DNA of 63,448 nucleotides, the filler included, from Octopus bimaculoides (Eukaryota): assembly GCF_001194135.2 (NCBI RefSeq). It is 5 parts of 5 records of this genome, joined end to end, with 100 filler letters (N's around TTAATTAATTAA, not from the genome) between each part and the next. Parts side by side here need not be neighbours in the genome. Positions count along the whole stretch, not along the records: positions 34,337 to 52,557 come from NC_068988.1; positions 52,658 to 62,309 come from NC_069006.1; 3 more parts are not named here. One strand, 5' to 3'. A model generated the notes under the pieces. The model searched no databases. It saw nothing but the letters and a program-made list of their open reading frames with translations, and was not told the DNA's origin. This document shows, one piece after another, positions 39,632 through 54,253 of this stretch. Position numbers and translations under genes: made by a program. How positions within the stretch are numbered: position 1 is the first letter of the stretch; every line of letters starts with the position of its first letter.

Positions 39632-40315
39632 AGCCACGATCCTACCAATCAACAATGCATTTTGAGTGACGTTCATAGATGAAAGCTGTGTGAAATCCCC
39701 TAATTTTTTGTTTATTTTTATGCATCTTGACCATACTGTACTGATGATCAGAACTTACAAATTGTTGTAATAACTGTGAAATCGATTCGATATAGAGTTC
39801 AGCCTGTTTTTAAGAACCTATTTTGGAGAGTTGCATTTTCCTCGCGCTCGGTTAAAAATGTGTTTATTATGGTAGTTTAGCGTGAGGCATTATTGTATAA
39901 TAATGCCCTTATATATATATACATACATACATACATNNNNNNNNNNNNNNNNNNNNNNNNNNNNNNNNNNNNNNNNNNNNNNNNNNNNNNNNNNNNNNNN
40001 NNNNNNNNNNNNNNNNNNNNNNNNNNNNNNNNNNNNNNNNNNNNNNNNNNNNNNNNNNNNNNNNNNNNNNNNNNNNNNNNNNNNNNNNNNNNNNNNNNNN
40101 NNNNNNNNNNNNNNNNNNNNNNNNNNNNNNNNNNNNNNNNNNNNNNNNNNNNNNNNNNNNNNNNNNNNNNNNNNNNNNNNNNNNNNNNNNNNNNNNNNNN
40201 NNNNNNNNNNNNNNNNNNNNNNNNNNNNNNNNNNNNNNNNNNNNNNNNNNNNNNNNNNNNNNNNNNNNNNNNNNNNNNNNNNNNNNNNNNNNNNNNNNNN
40301 NNNNNNNNNNNNNNN

Positions 40316-40347
<32 letters not shown>

Positions 40348-40452
40348 TATATATACATACATACATACATACATACATGCATGCATGCATGCATACATAG
40401 ATACGTACATGTATACATAATATATATACATATACATATATATATACTATCC

Positions 40453-40454
<2 letters not shown>

Positions 40455-40529
<75 letters not shown>
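40455..40529. repeat. (AAT)n microsatellite
   Basis: Directly visible. Confidence 0.97.
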
Positions 40530-41410
40530 CGTAATAGGGGAGACAAGAGTAAAAGAGACAGTAAAAAAGGAACGAGGTGTTAGGGTGAGGGTTAGGCTTC
40601 TTTTACTGCCTCATAAATATCGTAAATTATACAATAAATATATATCTAGAAAGATATATTTATTTATCATGGAGGGAGAAAGTAAAAAGGGGAAAACGTG
40701 TAAGGTATTGTGGTCATAAAACTGACCGAAAAAGCGAGGAAAACGAGGGAAAAGCAAAGGGGATAACTAGAGAGAGATAGAAGCAGAAAGAAAAAAGTGT
40801 CTGTGAGGGGAAAGGCGTGAGACACCAGAGATATATTATAGATTTAAAAGAGAAGGGTATGGAGAACGTGTCTGTTGCAGAAGTTGGGGTCGTAAAGTTG
40901 GGAATTACATTGTGAGGTTATATATTGCGCATAGAGAAATGGGGTCTTCGCCTCCTACACTTCGTTTCTCTCTCTTGTTCTGTATACATCGTAAATTAAC
41001 CTTGTATGGCATCCATATTTGGACGTGAGTATACCTAAGTTTTATGAGAAGATGCACGATAAAATTTGAGGAAATTATGAAGACGGAAGCCTTCTAGAGG
41101 GTGCTAGTGTTTCTATGTTTTATGAGAAAATGTGTGACGGATGTGCGAAAATTATGAATACCGCGCTTTCAAGACGTTTAAAAAATTAGTGTAGTTTTTC
41201 TATAGCCCTCAATCATACGTGGGTTCCATCGAAGGAAGTGCAAAAGAGGGCATAACTTTATTTAATCGACTCATATAGGTCTTTCAAATTGCTCGTGTTT
41301 GTAGGTGCGGCAATGAACCTCCATCACAAAGTGAGCCGGTTACATCTAATACTGCCTCTCGAAGTTAGAATTCTGTATGACGAGCAATGTAAAGATAGAA
41401 CTTACCATTA

Positions 41411-41411
41411 C

Positions 41412-41492
<81 letters not shown>

Positions 41493-41502
41493 CAGGTAGA
41501 TG

Positions 41503-41548
<46 letters not shown>
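41411..41548. repeat. (AGAT)n microsatellite
   Basis: Directly visible. Confidence 0.97.
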
Positions 41549-42713
41549 AATGTATATCTATCTATATATCTATCTGACNNNNNNNNNNNNNNNNNNNNNN
41601 NNNNNNNNNNNNNNNNNNNNNNNNNNNNNNNNNNNNNNNNNNNNNNNNNNNNNNNNNNNNNNNNNNNNNNNNNNNNNNNNNNNNNNNNNNNNNNNNNNNN
41701 NNNNNNNNNNNNNNNNNNNNNNNNNNNNNNNNNNNNNNNNNNNNNNNNNNNNNNNNNNNNNNNNNNNNNNNNNNNNNNNNNNNNNNNNNNNNNNNNNNNN
41801 NNNNNNNNNNNNNNNNNNNNNNNNNNNNNNNNNNNNNNNNNNNNNNNNNNNNNNNNNNNNNNNNNNNNNNNNNNNNNNNNNNNNNNNNNNNNNNNNNNNN
41901 NNNNNNNNNNNNNNNNNNNNNNNNNNNNNNNNNNNNNNNNNNNNNNNNNNNNNNNNNNNNNNNNNNNNNNNNNNNNNNNNNNNNNNNNNNNNNNNNNNNN
42001 NNNNNNNNNNNNNNNNNNNNNNNNNNNNNNNNNNNNNNNNNNNNNNNNNNNNNNNNNNNNNNNNNNNNNNNNNNNNNNNNNNNNNNNNNNNNNNNNNNNN
42101 NNNNNNNNNNNNNNNNNNNNNNNNNNNNNNNNNNNNNNNNNNNNNNNNNNNNNNNNNNNNNNNNNNNNNNNNNNNNNNNNNNNNNNNNNNNNNNNNNNNN
42201 NNNNNNNNNNNNNNNNNNNNNNNNNNNNNNNNNNNNNNNNNNNNNNNNNNNNNNNNNNNNNNNNNNNNNNNNNNNNNNNNNNNNNNNNNNNNNNNNNNNN
42301 NNNNNNNNNNNNNNNNNNNNNNNNNNNNNNNNNNNNNNNNNNNNNNNNNNNNNNNNNNNNNNNNNNNNNNNNNNNNNNNNNNNNNNNNNNNNNNNNNNNN
42401 NNNNNNNNNNNNNNNNNNNNNNNNNNNNNNNNNNNNNNNNNNNNNNNNNNNNNNNNNNNNNNNNNNNNNNNNNNNNNNNNNNNNNNNNNNNNNNNNAACT
42501 TTTTAATTATGGGTGTATAAGAAAAATTAATTTCATATTCATAATTAGTATACAAAACTTAATCCATATACCAAATTTGAAAACAAGATCCGAACCCGAA
42601 ACCTGGCGCTTCCAAAGCGAACTTCTTAAACTGCAGAACCACAACCACGCCTCCATGGGCGCACGCACGCGCACGCACGCGCACGCACGCACGCGCACGC
42701 ACGCACACACACG

Positions 42714-42745
<32 letters not shown>

Positions 42746-44899
42746 CACAAATCTCAGCTTATCAGCGTTTTAAAATCTGGAGGCGAAGAAACGTCCATAA
42801 TGCCCGCTCACGTAGCGACGCCTAATCCGTCCAGTCACCTTTATTACACATCACCAACCAACTCACCAGCCAGCCAGCCAGCCAACCCGGCGATCAACCG
42901 CTTAACCAATCACCCAGACAGCCGGCAAATCTATTGATTATTCAACCAATCAAAAACGATCATTTCCAACTTATGTAAAGTAAGCTCTCTATTAGGTGGC
43001 TGTTAATATATATCTCGCTCTAATCCTTTATTATTTTGCTGTTCAATTGTTTTGTTTTGTTTTTGTTAGCGAATTTCTTTCTTGTATAGAAAATAGTTAT
43101 AGTTGTGATGCGTATGTATGTGTGTCCGTCTGTCTGTCTATTTGTATGTATGTATGTATGTATGAATGTAATACAAATAATATATGAGTATATGCATATA
43201 TACGTACATGTATGTACATACCTACATATACAGGTATATATAGATGCATATCTGGGTACAGGACGTTGCAAAAACGTGGACAAAATGAGAAAGAGAGTAC
43301 GGAAAACACACAGGCCACATAGAGAACATTTTCTTCATCAGCTGCCACCATTCTAAAACTAAGCGTTTCGAAGAGTTAGGGCAGGACGCATTGTTAGAAT
43401 GGCTCTTCCCACGGACCACAAATTAAATTTGTACCATGGAGGAATGTAATGGCGGACAGAAAACAAAACAGGAAAACGAAACAGTGGAAATAAACAAGAA
43501 ATGCTATACGGCCAGACGTGAAAAAATATGTGTATACTGAACGCTGTGAAGCAACGAACTGGAAGGAAGAGGGTGGAGGAATGTCCGTGCGAGCTTGGCG
43601 ATGGCCAAGGTATAAAAGGAAGTAGTAGCCGGACACATGTGACCAGCGGGGGGTAAGGAGAAAGATGGTAGAGGGAGAAAAAGGGGATGTATATATCTAT
43701 GTATGTATGTCAGGTCGCTCTTGGGCGCATGTAACCTAGTACAGCCTGTCGCATGGTCGGGCGGTCGACAACTAAACTGGCAACCCCATCAAAATTGTTT
43801 GGAGAGGAAGCTGATAGATATGGACACACTGCAGGACGGAAAATAAAACCTGTCAAATAGCGGAAGATCCCGTGAGCAGTCAACGCCCATCCAACAAACA
43901 ATATGTGTACATGTGTGTGTGTGTGTGTGTGTGTATGCATGCATGTATGTATGTATGTATGTGTGTATGTATGTATGCATGTATGTGTGTGTATGTATGT
44001 ATGTATGTATGTATGTATGTGTGTATGTATGTATGTATGCATGTATGTGTGTGTATGTATGTATGTATGTATGCATGNNNNNNNNNNNNNNNNNNNNNNN
44101 NNNNNNNNNNNNNNNNNNNNNNNNNNNNNNNNNNNNNNNNNNNNNNNNNNNNNNNNNNNNNNNNNNNNNNNNNNNNNNNNNNNNNNNNNNNNNNNNNNNN
44201 NNNNNNNNNNNNNNNNNNNNNNNNNNNNNNNNNNNNNNNNNNNNNNNNNNNNNNNNNNNNNNNNNNNNNNNNNNNNNNNNNNNNNNNNNNNNNNNNNNNN
44301 NNNNNNNNNNNNNNNNNNNNNNNNNNNNNNNNNNNNNNNNNNNNNNNNNNNNNNNNNNNNNNNNNNNNNNNNNNNNNNNNNNNNNNNNNNNNNNNNNNNN
44401 NNNNNNNNNNNNNNNNNNNNNNNNNNNNNNNNNNNNNNNNNNNNNNNNNNNNNNNNNNNNNNNNNNNNNNNNNNNNNNNNNNNNNNNNNNNNNNNNNNNN
44501 NNNNNNNNNNNNNNNNNNNNNNNNNNNNNNNNNNNNNNNNNNNNNNNNNNNNNNNNNNNNNNNNNNNNNNNNNNNNNNNNNNNNNNNNNNNNNNNNNNNN
44601 NNNNNNNNNNNNNNNNNNNNNNNNNNNNNNNNNNNNNNNNNNNNNNNNNNNNNNNNNNNNNNNNNNNNNNNNNNNNNNNNNNNNNNNNNNNNNNNNNNNN
44701 NNNNNNNNNNNNNNNNNNNNNNNNNNNNNNNNNNNNNNNNNNNNNNNNNNNNNNNNNNNNNNNNNNNNNNNNNNNNNNNNNNNNNNNNNNNNNNNNNNNN
44801 NNNNNNNNNNNNNNNNNNNNNNNNNNNNNNNNNNNNNNNNNNNNNNNNNNNNNNNNNNNNNNNNNNNNNNNNNNNNNNNNNNNNNNNNNNNNNNNNNNN

Positions 44900-45398
44900 G
44901 TGGTACTGGTGGGGGTATTGGTGATGGTATTGATGGTGGTTGTGGTTGTGGTTGTGGTGGTGATGGTGGTGGTATTATTGGTGGTGGTAGTGGTTGTGTT
45001 TGTGGTTGTGGTTGTGGTGGTGGTGGTGGTGGTGGTGGTGGTTGTGTTGGTGGTGGTAGTATTGGTGGTGGTGGTGAAGGTGGTATTGGTGGTGGTATTG
45101 ATGGTGGTATGGGCGTTGTCATGGTCGGATACATGAATATATATATACATGTATGTATGTATGTATTTGGGTGGGGATGTACGTGTGTGAGTGAGTGTGT
45201 GTTGTGCTATGATTATTGATACCTCTCATCACGCTCTTGTTCTCGATTCAATTGCATCGATCTAATGTAAAAAAAGAATATATGCAAATTTCCTTTCAAC
45301 AAGAATTAATTGATCGATTTTCAATTCCTGAAACTTACAATTGACAAATTATTTATTTTTCATTCGTTATTTTATTTCTCATCATCGCTTCCATTTGC

Positions 45399-45487
<89 letters not shown>

Positions 45488-45546
45488 CTTTACCATTATT
45501 ACTGTTGCTATTATCATTAATATTGCTGCTATTATCATCATCATCA

Positions 45547-45613
<67 letters not shown>

Positions 45614-45680
45614 CATTGTTTTTGTTATTGATTTGATATTATTATCAATATCATCATCCTCATTATCATCATAATCATCA

Positions 45681-45730
<50 letters not shown>
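44900..45730. repeat. Imperfect (GGT)n array (44900-45110) and long (TTA)/(TCA)n array (45400-45730)
   Basis: Directly visible; source of the poly-P/T/G/V and poly-L/N/I pseudo-ORFs. Confidence 0.95.
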
Positions 45731-46146
45731 GCTAATCGACATCACGTTTTTCTTTTACTTTTAATGATTTGCTCATCTTATTTGTATTTATTTTTTCATA
45801 TTTACTTTTGTTTTCTTGGTTCCTGTTGTGATCTCATTTTTATGGTAATTTGGTTGGTTTTTCTCCATTATCTCCTGTAGAAACAGCGGTTCCATGGAAA
45901 ATAAGGATAGAATAGGATAAGAATACAGAATGGTAAACTTCCTGTTCTTCGTCTATGTAAATAGACGTAAGAACTCGGTATTTAAACAGACGGAAGAAAT
46001 TCTGCAATGTAATTTTTCGCGATTCTGAAGACACCAGTATTTCGCGTTTGTAAATCGACACCAGTATTCTTATTTTTATTTATTTGAAGTGCCATAATCT
46101 TCTATCGGTTTCTTTTTGTCGAACCGCTAATTTACGGGACGGAAAC

Positions 46147-46645
<499 letters not shown>

Positions 46646-47550
46646 ATGGAAGACAAACGAAGACTGGTTGTCAGGTGGTGGAGCAGCGGATGTCAAAGGC
46701 AAACACACACACACACATGCACACATATCCATGCCGTTAATCTTATATTAAACTTCCCCAACATCGAATGGAATATCAATGATAGAGCTCCATCTTCCCA
46801 TATTCACCTGAAATTCAAAATTACCAACTCTACCTCCGCGAGAGACTACATATACTCCACCAACCTGTAGTATCCATCAACAGGAAAAATTAACTACCTT
46901 ATTGTTACCACCATAGATGCTAATTGTTAATGAACTTCAAACCAACGATAACCAATATTACAATATACTACCCGGCTACTCCAAACAAAGGCGGGATACT
47001 TCACCCTAGCCATGTATATAGCCTACAGCCCCACCCATGCTGACCACCCTGACTCAATTTTTAAACTAACACTGCTAAATATTTATTTTAATCCAGTACT
47101 ACCATGTCATATTGCTCCCACGGAAAGATTCTTGCTCCTAATATGTTAATTCATCATCGATTGTCCACTCGCGGCAACAGCCAACCCCTCTACAAATGAA
47201 ACATAATGATCTGATGTCGCTAAATATGCCATACCGCAGCTTCAAGACATACCGGCTTCAAGACATCTTGTCCGAGCGTGTGAACCAAAGAATAAAGAAA
47301 AGAAATGATGTCGCTTCCAGACCAATAACATTGCGTGATCTGAATCACCAATAGAGGTCTAACATCCAGAAGCCATCTTGAATTTGTATCAAATCTTTTA
47401 CTCTTCTCTGGATACATAATGGCCCTACGTATCTCTAAGTCGTATGGAACTGAGTCAGCCAATTATTAAATTATACATGTAACTCCTAACAAACACGTTG
47501 AGTGCCATTTTCTTTCGTTTGTCCACTCGTGTATATGAGTGTATATATGC

Positions 47551-47618
<68 letters not shown>

Positions 47619-48217
47619 TTGCCTAAGGATCCATAAGTCAGAAAAATAGGCACTCGTATATGTGTAATACACTCGTATTGGGTGTATTAATCAAAGTGCA
47701 CAGAATTATATATCCTTTACACCCGATCTTACCAATCGGTTTCGTACTAGATTTTAAACAGTGTTAGATAACTGCATGGTCACTTAACACCGCGTGCTCG
47801 TTAGATCTGGCAGACATCGAAAAATAATATGCCGACTGCCCTCCGTTTTTAGACGTGAAAACCCACCTCCGGTTTGTGGATCTTGTAAAATAAGATGAAA
47901 TGAACTGAATATCGGTTATATCAAGAGTTATGTCCCTTTACCCTAAACGTCTTAATTTTCTGAAAATATGTGTAGGAGTTGGGTTATGATTTTTCTATAG
48001 ATTTGAATACGTGTTGGCGTGTTATATGTATCAGGTTTTTGGTTTAGAACCCCTTCTCCTTAAGAGTAAAAACTTGTATGGGTAGAATTTTCCTTAGTTT
48101 AGTGGATAAACACGTTCCCTGTACGAATAAATTCCATAAAATTTTTAACAGGTACTCCTTAACAGTTTTCTTTAGCTATGCACCTATTGTAAAATAGATA
48201 TTGGTGGGTAGGTTCAC

Positions 48218-48325
<108 letters not shown>

Positions 48326-48600
48326 ACGTGTAGCAGTAACACCATATGTCCCCTCAACGACCACTGTAACACGGAAACAGTCGTTAATGAGAGAAAGATA
48401 ATGGCCAAATCAAAATGTCCAAATCTGCAATCAAATGAACGGAAGTATGTTGGAGCGTCAAACGGTCCCTTCAGGACTAGATTCAGTAACCATAAGTTCT
48501 CATTCAATAACCGGGAGAGACGAAATGCCACAGCAAGCTTTTTACCACGCAAACACGCCTGCACCCATATGTGTACCTAAATGGAAAGATCACCAAAGTA
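48326..48600 (+). mobile_element. Penelope-like GIY-YIG endonuclease fragment
   Basis: ORF 48296-48580: CTCSSNTICPLNDHCNTETVV..KYVGASNGPFRTRFSNHKFSF..RRNATA, the CxC..CPL..C / YVG..R..NH..SF pattern of PLE endonucleases. Confidence 0.8.
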
Positions 48601-48950
48601 ATACAGGAAGACACGTAGAAGGATAGCAGAAGGAATTAGAAAGAAAGAAGGACAGAATTAATAGAAAGAATAGAGCAGAAGGAAGAGAAGAATCAGACAA
48701 GAGAATCAACGTGAAAGTGAATGAAATATACAAGAGATTTATTTATTTCACAGATGAAACACTCAACATATAAACGTGATTTATTTGAGAAGTATGGAGA
48801 TTAATTCAAGATGGACAGCGTTGAAATTAGAAAGAATATATAAAAGCAAAAGATATAAACACAAATGCTGAGAAATATGGATGGACAGAGGGGAAAGAAA
48901 AATAAAAGAGGGAATAATCAGTGTTTCGAAATTAAAACAAATGAATACAA

Positions 48951-48989
<39 letters not shown>

Positions 48990-49006
48990 CAGACAGACAG
49001 ACAGAC

Positions 49007-49077
<71 letters not shown>

Positions 49078-49209
49078 CAGACGCATAGATAGATCCAGTT
49101 GAAACTGATTATTCATTCCAATGCTCCTCTTAAGAATTTTGTCACTTGAATTGTTTCTATAGACTGACAGTTTGAGTAACGATGGATTTAATCACCAACT
49201 CGGAACTGG

Positions 49210-49432
<223 letters not shown>

Positions 49433-49470
49433 GTGCCGTAGAAGATAAAAGGTATACATATATATACATC

Positions 49471-49836
49471 GTGGCACTCCGTCAGTTACGACGACGAGGG
49501 TTCCAGTTGATCCGATCAACGGAACAGCCTGCTCGTGAAATTAACGTGCAAGTGGCTGAGCACTCCACAGATACGCGTACCCTTAACGTAGTCCTCGGGG
49601 AGATTCAACGTGACACAGTGTGACAAAGCTGACCCTTTGAAATACAGGTACAGCAGAAACAAGAAGAAGGAGTGAGAGAAAGTTGTGGTGAAAAAGTACA
49701 TCAGGGTTCACCACCATCCCCTGCAGGATCCTCGTGGAGCTTTAAGCGTTTTTGCTCCATAAACACTCACAACGCCCGGTCTGGGAATCGAAACTGCAAT
49801 CCTATGACCGCGAGTCCGCTGCCCTAACCACTGGGC
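49471..49836 (-). mobile_element. Family-D SINE, near full length
   Basis: Minus strand CCCAGTGGTTAGGGCAGCGGACTCGCGGTCATAGGATTGCAGTTTCGATTCCCAGACC (A/B boxes)..GGAACCCTCGTCGTCGTAACTGACGGAGTGCCA. Ends match 31715-31890. Confidence 0.92.
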
Positions 49837-50766
49837 ACAATCTTATGGCTGAAAACAATCTTAGAGCTGAAAAAAAGAAATAAAAGATATAGGATTTGTT
49901 CGGTTCTTCTATTGAGAAGCAAGTATACGTGGAAATTCTTTTTCAAGCAAGTAATTATATTAAATAATATTGGTGCAATATATTCTTTTTATCACACAAA
50001 GTGATTAATATATAGCTGTAATTAGTCTGTTTCAGCGTATCGTACCTCATTAATTCAAAATGCTAGATAATTCATTAATTATATTATATACAAATCGTTC
50101 AAAACAAAAGATGTTTAGGAGATTTATTTATGATTCTGTTGCCTCATTTTCAGAAAGAAAAAGAATGAATAGAAAAAACGACGAATTTGAAAAGATAAAT
50201 GATGAAATTATATAAGTGTGTTGTGTTGTTTAGAAAAAGAAGAAGAATTAAACATAATGACAACGTCGGAAGACTGAAGAATTAATGTTGTTCGATCTTC
50301 GAATATTGAGAAAACTACGGAAAACTTTCCCTGTCAGTTATTTTCCTCTCGATTTCAGTTAGCCTAAGTATTCTATTTATGTATGTTTGAAATACGAGCA
50401 GAACAACTAAGATACGTTGTCTCGACGTCTGTTTCACGATTATCGTATGTGCATGTATGTATATATGTATGAGTATATATATATATATATGTATATATAT
50501 ANNNNNNNNNNATATTTATCACTATTTATTATATTTATCTTATGATATTTACTTTACTTTATATTATACTCATTTATTGTGCTTTTAATTATTAATTTTT
50601 CTATATGTGATAGTGGATTTTCATCGATGAGTTCTTGAAACTTGGTTATTTTCCCTAAAACTATATATTTTATATATATTTTATCTATAAAGCTCAATTT
50701 AATTTTAATTTTTTATAAATTGATTTTAATTTAGTTTTTACCTGTAATTTTGGATTTTGTCCCTAA

Positions 50767-50836
<70 letters not shown>

Positions 50837-50842
50837 TATATA

Positions 50843-51294
50843 CACAGTAAACATTTCTCTCACAGTAGGCGTATCAGGTATGATAAAAAAACATTCAGAC
50901 ATATACATGACTAAAACACCAGGACTTACAAGTATGTATAAGATACAGAAAATAGCACTACTAGGCCCCACACACATCCTACGTAAAGCATTTTCAATAC
51001 GGTGAAAATAAGAGCACCGCAACAAAAAAATTAGCACATACCCAAGGCCTACAGAGCTGGGCTCGTGATAAGAATAAGAGTACCGAATAATGATAATAAT
51101 AATAACAAAAACACCAGGACTTACAAATATATATAACATACAGAAAATTGCACTACTGGGTACTGCACACATTCTACGCAAAACACTTTCAATACAGTAA
51201 ACATAAGAGCACCACAGCAAACCACAGCACATACCCAAGGCGCACAGAGCTGCGCTCGGTAGTGAAGTGAAAGCACGTTATAAAAATAAAACTA

Positions 51295-51347
<53 letters not shown>

Positions 51348-51536
51348 TAATAATAATATGGTTTCTTAAACATAATAATATGGTTTCTTAAACATTCACT
51401 TGAACAAAACTGTACAAATCCAAATATATGGTACCCTAGGCATAACACCTACATGAACTTCTAACTTGTTGTCTCTTGAGGTCTCTGGGTGAGACTTGGA
51501 TCCAACTTATACAAATGCAAAACAAAAGTCAAACAT
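50843..51536 (+). mobile_element. Tandem stack of three R4/Dong 3' ends separated by (AAT)n
   Basis: Copy A 50843-51085 (GVSGMIKKHSD..KIQKIALLGPTHILRKAFSIR*), copy B 51104-51297 (KTPGLTNIYNIQKIALLGTAHILRKTLSIQ*), copy C 51360-51536 (3' UTR of the 33789-34128 subfamily). AAT arrays follow each copy. Confidence 0.9.
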
Positions 51537-51538
51537 AA

Positions 51539-51570
<32 letters not shown>

Positions 51571-51591
51571 ATACATACATACATACATACA

Positions 51592-51803
51592 TAATCTTTT
51601 CTACTATAGGCCCTAATTTTTGGGAGGAAATGGCCAGTCGATTAGATCGACCCAAATATGCAACTGGTACTTGATTTATCGACCCCGAAAGGATGAAATG
51701 CAAAATTAACCTCGGCGGAATTTGAACTCAGAACGTAACGACAGACGAAATACGGCTAAGCATTTCGCCCGGCGTGTTAACCATTCTGCTAGCTTGCCAC
51801 CTT
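51592..51803 (-). mobile_element. Family-B SINE
   Basis: ACTGGTACTTGATTTATCGACCCCGAAAGGATGAAA..CCTCGGCGGAATTTGAACTCAGAACG..GCATTTCGCCCGGCG. Confidence 0.9.
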
Positions 51804-52498
51804 CTTTATTACTATCCTGACCCTCTCCCTTCCACCCTTGCTATCTAATGACTCTGGTCAACGCTGGTAGTCGGACATGAGATGAAAGTATCTGACATCT
51901 GTTAGTTTTCATCCTTTACCTTTTTGTCTCTCTGTATACATCCTCTAACCTCTTTCACCAAATATACCCGCACTATCCTGACTAGTATACATCTACTTTC
52001 ACGCATCTGCCATTCTCTCTTTCCTTCGCACTGTATTATATTATTCTTACTCAATCCTAATTCGCTCTCCATTCCAAAATGGAACTGGTCATTTCCATTA
52101 TCCTTTGCCAGGGATTATCATCAGATATTCACCTTTTGAACTGCTAATGGACCTCACCTATAACTTTATTACTTATTTGACCATAGAACTATCTAACACA
52201 TACTTTTCACTCTGATTCTTATTTCATTTTTCGACAAACTGAAAAGTCTTATCTCCGATTGTAAGTACTATCTCTCTTCATTTTCATATTCTATCTCTTT
52301 TCTATCTCTCTAAAGTACTATCTCTCTTCATTTTTATATTCTCTGACTTCTCTCTCTCTCCGATGACAGTTTAATTAGCCTATGGAATCCTTACTCAATA
52401 TCATGACACACATGCTCGGCTATTCCAGAAACAGCTGTAAGAGACTCTATTTGTTTATATTCTCTATCTAAATTACATGTTTTTCGAGTGATACACAC

Positions 52499-52557
<59 letters not shown>

Positions 52558-52696
52558 NNNNNNNNNNNNNNNNNNNNNNNNNNNNNNNNNNNNNNNNNNN
52601 NTTAATTAATTAANNNNNNNNNNNNNNNNNNNNNNNNNNNNNNNNNNNNNNNNNNNNTATATATGTATATATATATATATATATAAATATGCATGG

Positions 52697-52756
<60 letters not shown>

Positions 52757-53894
52757 ATTCATGTGTATGAACATGAATATGTGTGTGTGTCAGTGTATGT
52801 ATTATGTATGGGATCATATATCTATTTCATTATGTTTGCATAAAATAATATTAGAGTTCCTTATATTATTGGTGCTATATATTCCAAAACACGATGCTGT
52901 ATCCTTGCTTCTCATCTAGAGAAGAATTCTCGAAAGAAGAAACAGTTTGACAGACCTTTGGTCATTGCATGATTTCTTCAGAGTTGGCAACTTTTCTATT
53001 AGATTCGTTTGTCTGTGTGTCGTTAATAATATATGGAATTACATGAAATTGGCACCATTCTTCCTGCAAACATTACTTCTGCTACTTATTCACACCACCC
53101 ACCAGCTCCACTCCATTCCTATCATATGTATGAGAGCAAGCATGGAATTATATATATATATATATATATNNNNNNNNNNNNNNNNNNNNNNNNNNNNNNN
53201 NNNNNNNNNNNNNNNNNNNNNNNNNNNNNNNNNNNNNNNNNNNNNNNNNNNNNNNNNNNNNNNNNNNNNNNNNNNNNNNNNNNNNNNNNNNNNNNNNNNN
53301 NNNNNNNNNNNNNNNNNNNNNNNNNNNNNNNNNNNNNNNNNNNNNNNNNNNNNNNNNNNNNNNNNNNNNNNNNNNNNNNNNNNNNNNNNNNNNNNNNNNN
53401 NNNNNNNNNNNNNNNNNNNNNNNNNNNNNNNNNNNNNNNNNNNNNNCCACCCACCCACCCACACATACACTTATACATGTGCACAATATGTACAGTTGCA
53501 AACACATAGAGAAAAAACAATACGCATGCATGTATTCTGCATGTGTATGTACTCTGTTATGTGTGTGTATGTGTGCATGTTGATATGTATATGTGTGTAT
53601 GTGTATCATCATCATCAACATATACACACACACACACCTTCCCCCCCACATTTATATATTAGAAGGAAGAAGAGGAGAAATAATCAATTGTTCTTACATT
53701 ATTGATAAACTTCCGCCATTTACATATTAATCAAAATCACTTCTGACGGTGGCTGCCATGTTTCTCCCCACCAATGTATGTTCTGCATTCTATGCATGTG
53801 ATATATATATATATATATTATTTTTAAACAAGGATATTATTGAGAATGACTTCGAAGTTTCGGCCAGTGAAGCCGTCGTGGCTGAACATAAAAA

Positions 53895-53945
<51 letters not shown>

Positions 53946-53958
53946 GTGTGTGTGTATA

Positions 53959-54243
53959 TTCTTTGTAAGCCTAGTACTTATCCTATCAGCCTCTTTTGCC
54001 AAACCGCTAAGTTATGGGGTATAGACACACCAGCATCGGTTGTCAAGCAATGTTGGGGGTACAAACACAGACACACAAACACACACACACACACACACAC
54101 ATATATGCAACAGGCTTTTTTCAGTTTCCGTCTACCAAATCCACTCACAAGGCTTTGTTCGGCCCGAGGCTATAGTAGAAGACAATTGCCCAAAACCATG
54201 TGGTTGGTAAACAAGCTACTTACCACACAGCCACTCCTGCACC
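53959..54243 (-). mobile_element. Family-A SINE with internal deletion
   Basis: Reverse complement of 61377-61700 motifs, missing the core segment. Confidence 0.88.
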
Positions 54244-54253
54244 TAACATATAT

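Noticed and set aside
43710-45219. Proline-rich, Thr-rich or Gly-rich (extensin/mucin-like) proteins of 400+ aa
   Set aside because: Produced by the (GGT)n array plus an ~820-N gap; all frames are open.
47220-47462. Possible APE endonuclease relic (GDSDHAML in another frame) or host exon
   Set aside because: A single short motif among multiple stops; not enough to call.
50624-50647. Hammerhead-like TCGATGAG-ttct-TGAAAC
   Set aside because: The core is altered at positions 3-4 and no stem I complementarity was found.
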